Shown here piece by piece: positions 59,554-64,000 of a DNA stretch of 64,000 nucleotides. The stretch is taken from NCBI GenBank assembly GCA_950097015.1, contig CATNEN010000011.1, positions 6,014,001 through 6,078,000 of the forward strand, written 5' to 3'. Position 1 is the first letter of the stretch. Every line of letters starts with the position of its first letter. The stretch is from Macrostomum hystrix (lineage: Eukaryota; Animalia; Platyhelminthes). Under the pieces are notes generated by a model. It had not been told where the DNA came from. It did no database searches and was given only the letters and a program-made list of their open reading frames with translations. The position numbers and the translations under genes are program-made.

Positions 59554-61074
59554 ATTTGTCAGATAAATTTTTCTTTCACGAACGTGACGCGCCTCATCGT
59601 GGCGTGAAAGTGAACAGTGCGCGTTTCAATCTTTTGCACTGGCCAAGACGTCACTACTAGTTAGTCTAGGTGTTTTACAACCTTCTGTACTGAATATCCA
59701 CGAACCAATCACTTCATATATTTTATTCTATCTATTCACATTCTTTATACCCAGAAATTTGCTGTTATAGTAGACTCCCTCTCACAAAGTTGACCTATTT
59801 TGTCTTGTTTCCGGTACGTAAATCAAGAAATCAAAGCAATGAACGCTACTTTTAGTTTAAGATTTAGTATCATTTGCGATTCAGCTCTCAATCTGCGTGT
59901 TCTCAATATAATTTCCTGCTTTCATTCATTTTTTCCCTATGTTCCGTGGTGCACAACTGCTGGACTGGAGAACAATCGCACTCGGCACCAAAAGATGTAG
60001 TGGCACTTTTAGGCTTAAATACAGGTAAAAGATGCTTTTAATTACTTAAATTTGTGACTTATTTATTGAATTTTATATTCTAGTTCAATTCCCACCCTGC
60101 CAGGAAATGCGAACTGGACTCGACAGTTTAGATTATTCGGAGGCAGCCTTGCAAAAACAGTGGCGAAGCCTGTCTGTCACGAGCAGAAACCGTAGCCGGC
60201 CGTCAGTGTCGGCCACCTTCGCGATGCGCGGTTTCTCAATGTACGACGGAAGATAATTGCATATTATGCACTGTCTGCAGCTACCCATCTAGCCGACTAG
60301 CGGGCCTGCCATCCCACCAATGCAGCGCTGGAATACTGAGTACTGGTTGCTAACTGCAAAGATACATGCTTCTCACCTTAATTTGATATTATTTTGCGCA
60401 TTCTCAAGTCCGTGTACTCTGTACTTACCCCCTGTTGAGCAGTTATTGCAATATGCACATTTTTCTTATTTACGAGTAGCTAGTAAATATACAAATTGTA
60501 CTTCGTCTTACTGCTTGCTAATAAATAAGTAGCTTACGAAATGCGCCCGATACCATCCCGTATAAAGCCAGTCTTAAATGGCGCATATTTTGTTACACCT
60601 ACTGTGAGAAGCCTACTATGAAAGTGGTTGATAGTATATAACGACGTGTTATTCTTTGGAAATTATATGCTTAACATATCGCCATTCCAGCATTAAAATA
60701 ATTTTGTGTACAATTTGTTACTTAATAAAAAATTAATCAATTTTCGATATGTACAGCAAGCAAACCGATGCCTTAAGTACCCAAGTTCAGCCGACTGTAC
60801 TTTTGAAAAAACAAGAAAGTGTTTCGTGTTTAAGATTTTAACAGTAACGGCATTGAGGTCGATTGCTGGTAATGTACTGTACGTATCGAGTACAATCGTA
60901 ACAAGTAGCTCTACATGTACCTCAATCTCAGCAAAAATTAGATTAATTGGATGTCAGTATAGAAGTGGATTTCTCATCTCAATCTGATACGAATTTAACG
61001 CCAAAAGCCCCATTGTCAGAACTCTGTTTCCTGAAGTGCAAGTGTAAATTAATTGTCATGATAGTCGAATTTAA

Positions 61075-64000
61075 GCAGTATGTATTCAACTCAGTGTAAC
61101 CACTGATGAATCCGTAAATGTACCCCCACTTCAACAGTTCAGATAGTCAACTATAAGCCGTATATATTCAACTCAGTGTAACCACTGATGAATCCGTAAA
61201 TGTACCCTCACTTCAACAGTTCAGATAGTCAACTATAGGCCGTATATATTCAACTCAGTGTAACCACTGATGAATCCGTAAATGTACCCCCACTTCAACA
61301 GTTCAGATAGTCAACTATAAGCAGTATATATTCAACTCAGTGTAACCACTGATGAATCCGTAAATGTACCCCCACTTCAACAGTTCAGATAGTCAACTAT
61401 AAGCAGTATATATTCAACTCAGTGTAACCACTGATGAATCCGTAAATGTACCCCCACTTCAACAGTTCAGATAGTCAACTATAAGCAGTATATATTCAAC
61501 TCAGTGTAACCACTGATGAATCCGTAAATGTACCCCCACTTCAACAGTTCAGATAGTCAACTATAAGCCGTATATATTCAACTCAGTGTAACCACTGATG
61601 AATCCGTAAATGTACCCCCACTTCAACAGTTCAGATAGTCAACTATAAGCCGTATATATTCAACTCAGTGTAACCACTGATGAATCCGTAAATGTACCCC
61701 CACTTCAACAGTTCAGATAGTCAACTATAAGCAGTATATATTCAACTCAGTGTAACCACTGATGAATCCGTCAATGTACCCCCACTTCAACAGTTCAGAT
61801 AGTCAACTATAAGCCGTATATATTCAACTCAGTGTAACCACTGATGAATCCGTAAATGTACCCCCACTTCAACAGTTCAGATAGTCAACTATAAGCAGTA
61901 TATATTCAACTCAGTGTAACCACTGATGAATCCGTAAATGTACCCCCACTTCAACAGTTCAGATAGTCAACTATAAGCCGTATATATTCAACTCAGTGTA
62001 ACCACTGATGAATCCGTAAATGTACCCTCACTTCAACAGTTCAGATAGTCAACTATAAGCAGTATATATTCAACTCAGTGTAACCACTGATGAATCCGTA
62101 AATGTACCCCCTCAACAGTTCAGATAGTCAACTATAAGCAGTATATATTCAACTCAGTGTAACCACTGATGAATCCGTAAATGTACCCCCACTTCAACAG
62201 TTCAGATAGTCAACTATAAGCCGTATATATTCAACTCAGTGTAACCACTGATGAATCCGTAAATGTACCCTCACTTCAACAGTTCAGATAGTCAACTATA
62301 AGCAGTATATATTCAACTCAGTGTAACCACTGATGAATCCGTAAATGTACCCGGCCACTTCAACAGTTCAGATAGTCAACTATAAGCCGTATATATTCAA
62401 CTCAGTGTAACCACTGATGAATCCGTAAATGTACCCCCACTTCAACAGTTCAGATAGTCAACTATAAGCCGTATATATTTAACTCAGTGTAACCACTGAT
62501 GAATCCGTAAATGTACCCCCACTTCAACAGTTCAGATAGTCAACTATAAGCCGTATATATTCAACTCAGTGTAACCACTGATGAATCCGTAAATGTACCC
62601 CCACTTCAACAGTTCAGATAGTCAACTATAAGCCGTATATATTCAACTCAGTGTAACCACTGATGAATCCGTCAATGTACCCCCACTTCAACAGTTCAGA
62701 TAGTCAACTATAAGCAGTATATATTCAACTCAGTGTAACCACTGATGAATCCGTAAATGTACCCCCACTTCAACAGTTCAGATAGTCAACTATAAGCCGT
62801 ATATATTCAACTCAGTGTAACCACTGATGAATCCGTAAATGTACCCCCACTTCAACAGTTCAGATAGTCAACTATAAGCAGTATATATTCAACTCAGTGT
62901 AACCACTGATGAATCCGTAAATGTACCCCCACTTCGACAGTTCAGATAGTCAACTATAAGCCGTATATATTCAACTCAGTGTAACCACTGATGAATCCGT
63001 AAATGTACCCCCACTTCAACAGTTCAGATAGTCAACTATAAGCAGTATATATTCAACTCAGTGTAACCACTGATGAATCCGTAAATGTACCCCCACTTCA
63101 ACAGTTCAGATAGTCAACTATAAGCCGTATATATTCAACTCAGTGTAACCTCTGATGAATCCGTAAATGTACCCCCACTTCAACAGTTCAGATAGTCAAC
63201 TATAAGCCGTATATATTCAACTCAGTGTAACCACTGATGAATCCGTAAATGTACCCCCACTTCAACAGTTCAGATAGTCAACTATAAGCAGTATATATTC
63301 AACTCAGTGTAACCACTGATGAATCCGTAAATGTACCCCCACTTCAACAGTTCAGATAGTCAACTATAAGCCGTATATATTCAACTCAGTGTAACCACTG
63401 ATGAATCCGTAAATGTACCCCCACTTCAACAGTTCAGATAGTCAACTATAAGCAGTATATATTCAACTCAGTGTAACCACTGATGAATCCGTCAATGTAC
63501 CCCCACTTCAACAGTTCAGATAGTCAGCTATAAGCAGTATATATTCAACTCAGTGTAACCACTGATGAATCCGTAAATGTACCCCCACTTCAACAGTTCA
63601 GATAGTCAACTATAAGCCGTATATATTCAACTCAGTGTAACCACTGATGAATCCGTAAATGTACCCCCACTTCAACAGTTCAGATAGTCAACTATAAGCA
63701 GTATATATTCAACTCAGTGTAACCACTGATGAATCCGTAAATGTACCCCCACTTCAACAGTTCAGATAGTCAACTATAAGCCGTATATATTCAACTCAGT
63801 GTAACCACTGATGAATCCGTAAATGTACCCTCACTTCAACAGTTCAGATAGTCAACTATAAGCCGTATATATTCAACTCAGTGTAACCACTGATGAATCC
63901 GTAAATGTACCCGGCCACTTCAACAGTTCAGATAGTCAACTATAAGCCGTATATATTCAACTCAGTGTAACCACTGATGAATCCGTAAATGTACCCCCAC
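61075..64000. repeat. 82-bp satellite, at least 35 near-identical monomers, runs off the right edge
   Basis: tcaactcagtgtaaccactgatgaatccgtaaatgtacccccacttcaacagttcagatagtcaactataagc(c/a)gtatatat; period 82 (61086 to 61168). Confidence 0.98.

Noticed and set aside
59151-64000. CRISPR-like appearance of the palindromic 59-bp and 82-bp arrays
   Set aside because: Units are contiguous and identical with no unique spacers, there are no cas genes, and the context is eukaryotic.

Overview
Eukaryotic (animal) genomic DNA with GC-rich exons, GT-AG introns and AT-rich, minisatellite-filled introns. The style is consistent with a free-living flatworm such as Macrostomum, which is my inference only. 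Genes supported from the sequence, in order: the N-terminal half of a TRPM channel (minus strand, runs off the left edge); an MPP2/PALS2-like MAGUK; a secreted PAN-like protein; an orphan low-complexity ORF; an ankyrin-repeat gene; a solitary replication-type histone H4; a roughly 740-aa TRPV-like channel with an 8.3-kb intron; a secreted PAN + LamG/ConA-like protein; a double alpha-crystallin small HSP with heat-shock elements; CHORDC1; and a UMP-CMP/adenylate kinase. The right quarter is transposon debris and satellite: a non-autonomous Helitron, a Crypton-like tyrosine recombinase remnant, a mariner remnant, an intron-containing KDZ (Kyakuja-Dileera-Zisupton) transposase, and 59-bp and 82-bp arrays. 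The most notable observations are: (1) two head-to-tail Helitron-like elements, each carrying the same two satellites, filling the TRPV-like intron; (2) the KDZ transposase with a B-box-like N-terminus; (3) three orphan histone-type stem-loops with no histone CDS; (4) a second tRNA-derived SINE nested in the first with a 14-bp TSD; (5) a possible heat-shock-driven kinase-CHORDC1 unit converging on the sHSP. No CRISPR array, rRNA or intact tRNA was seen. All exon boundaries were read by eye and no database searches were run.
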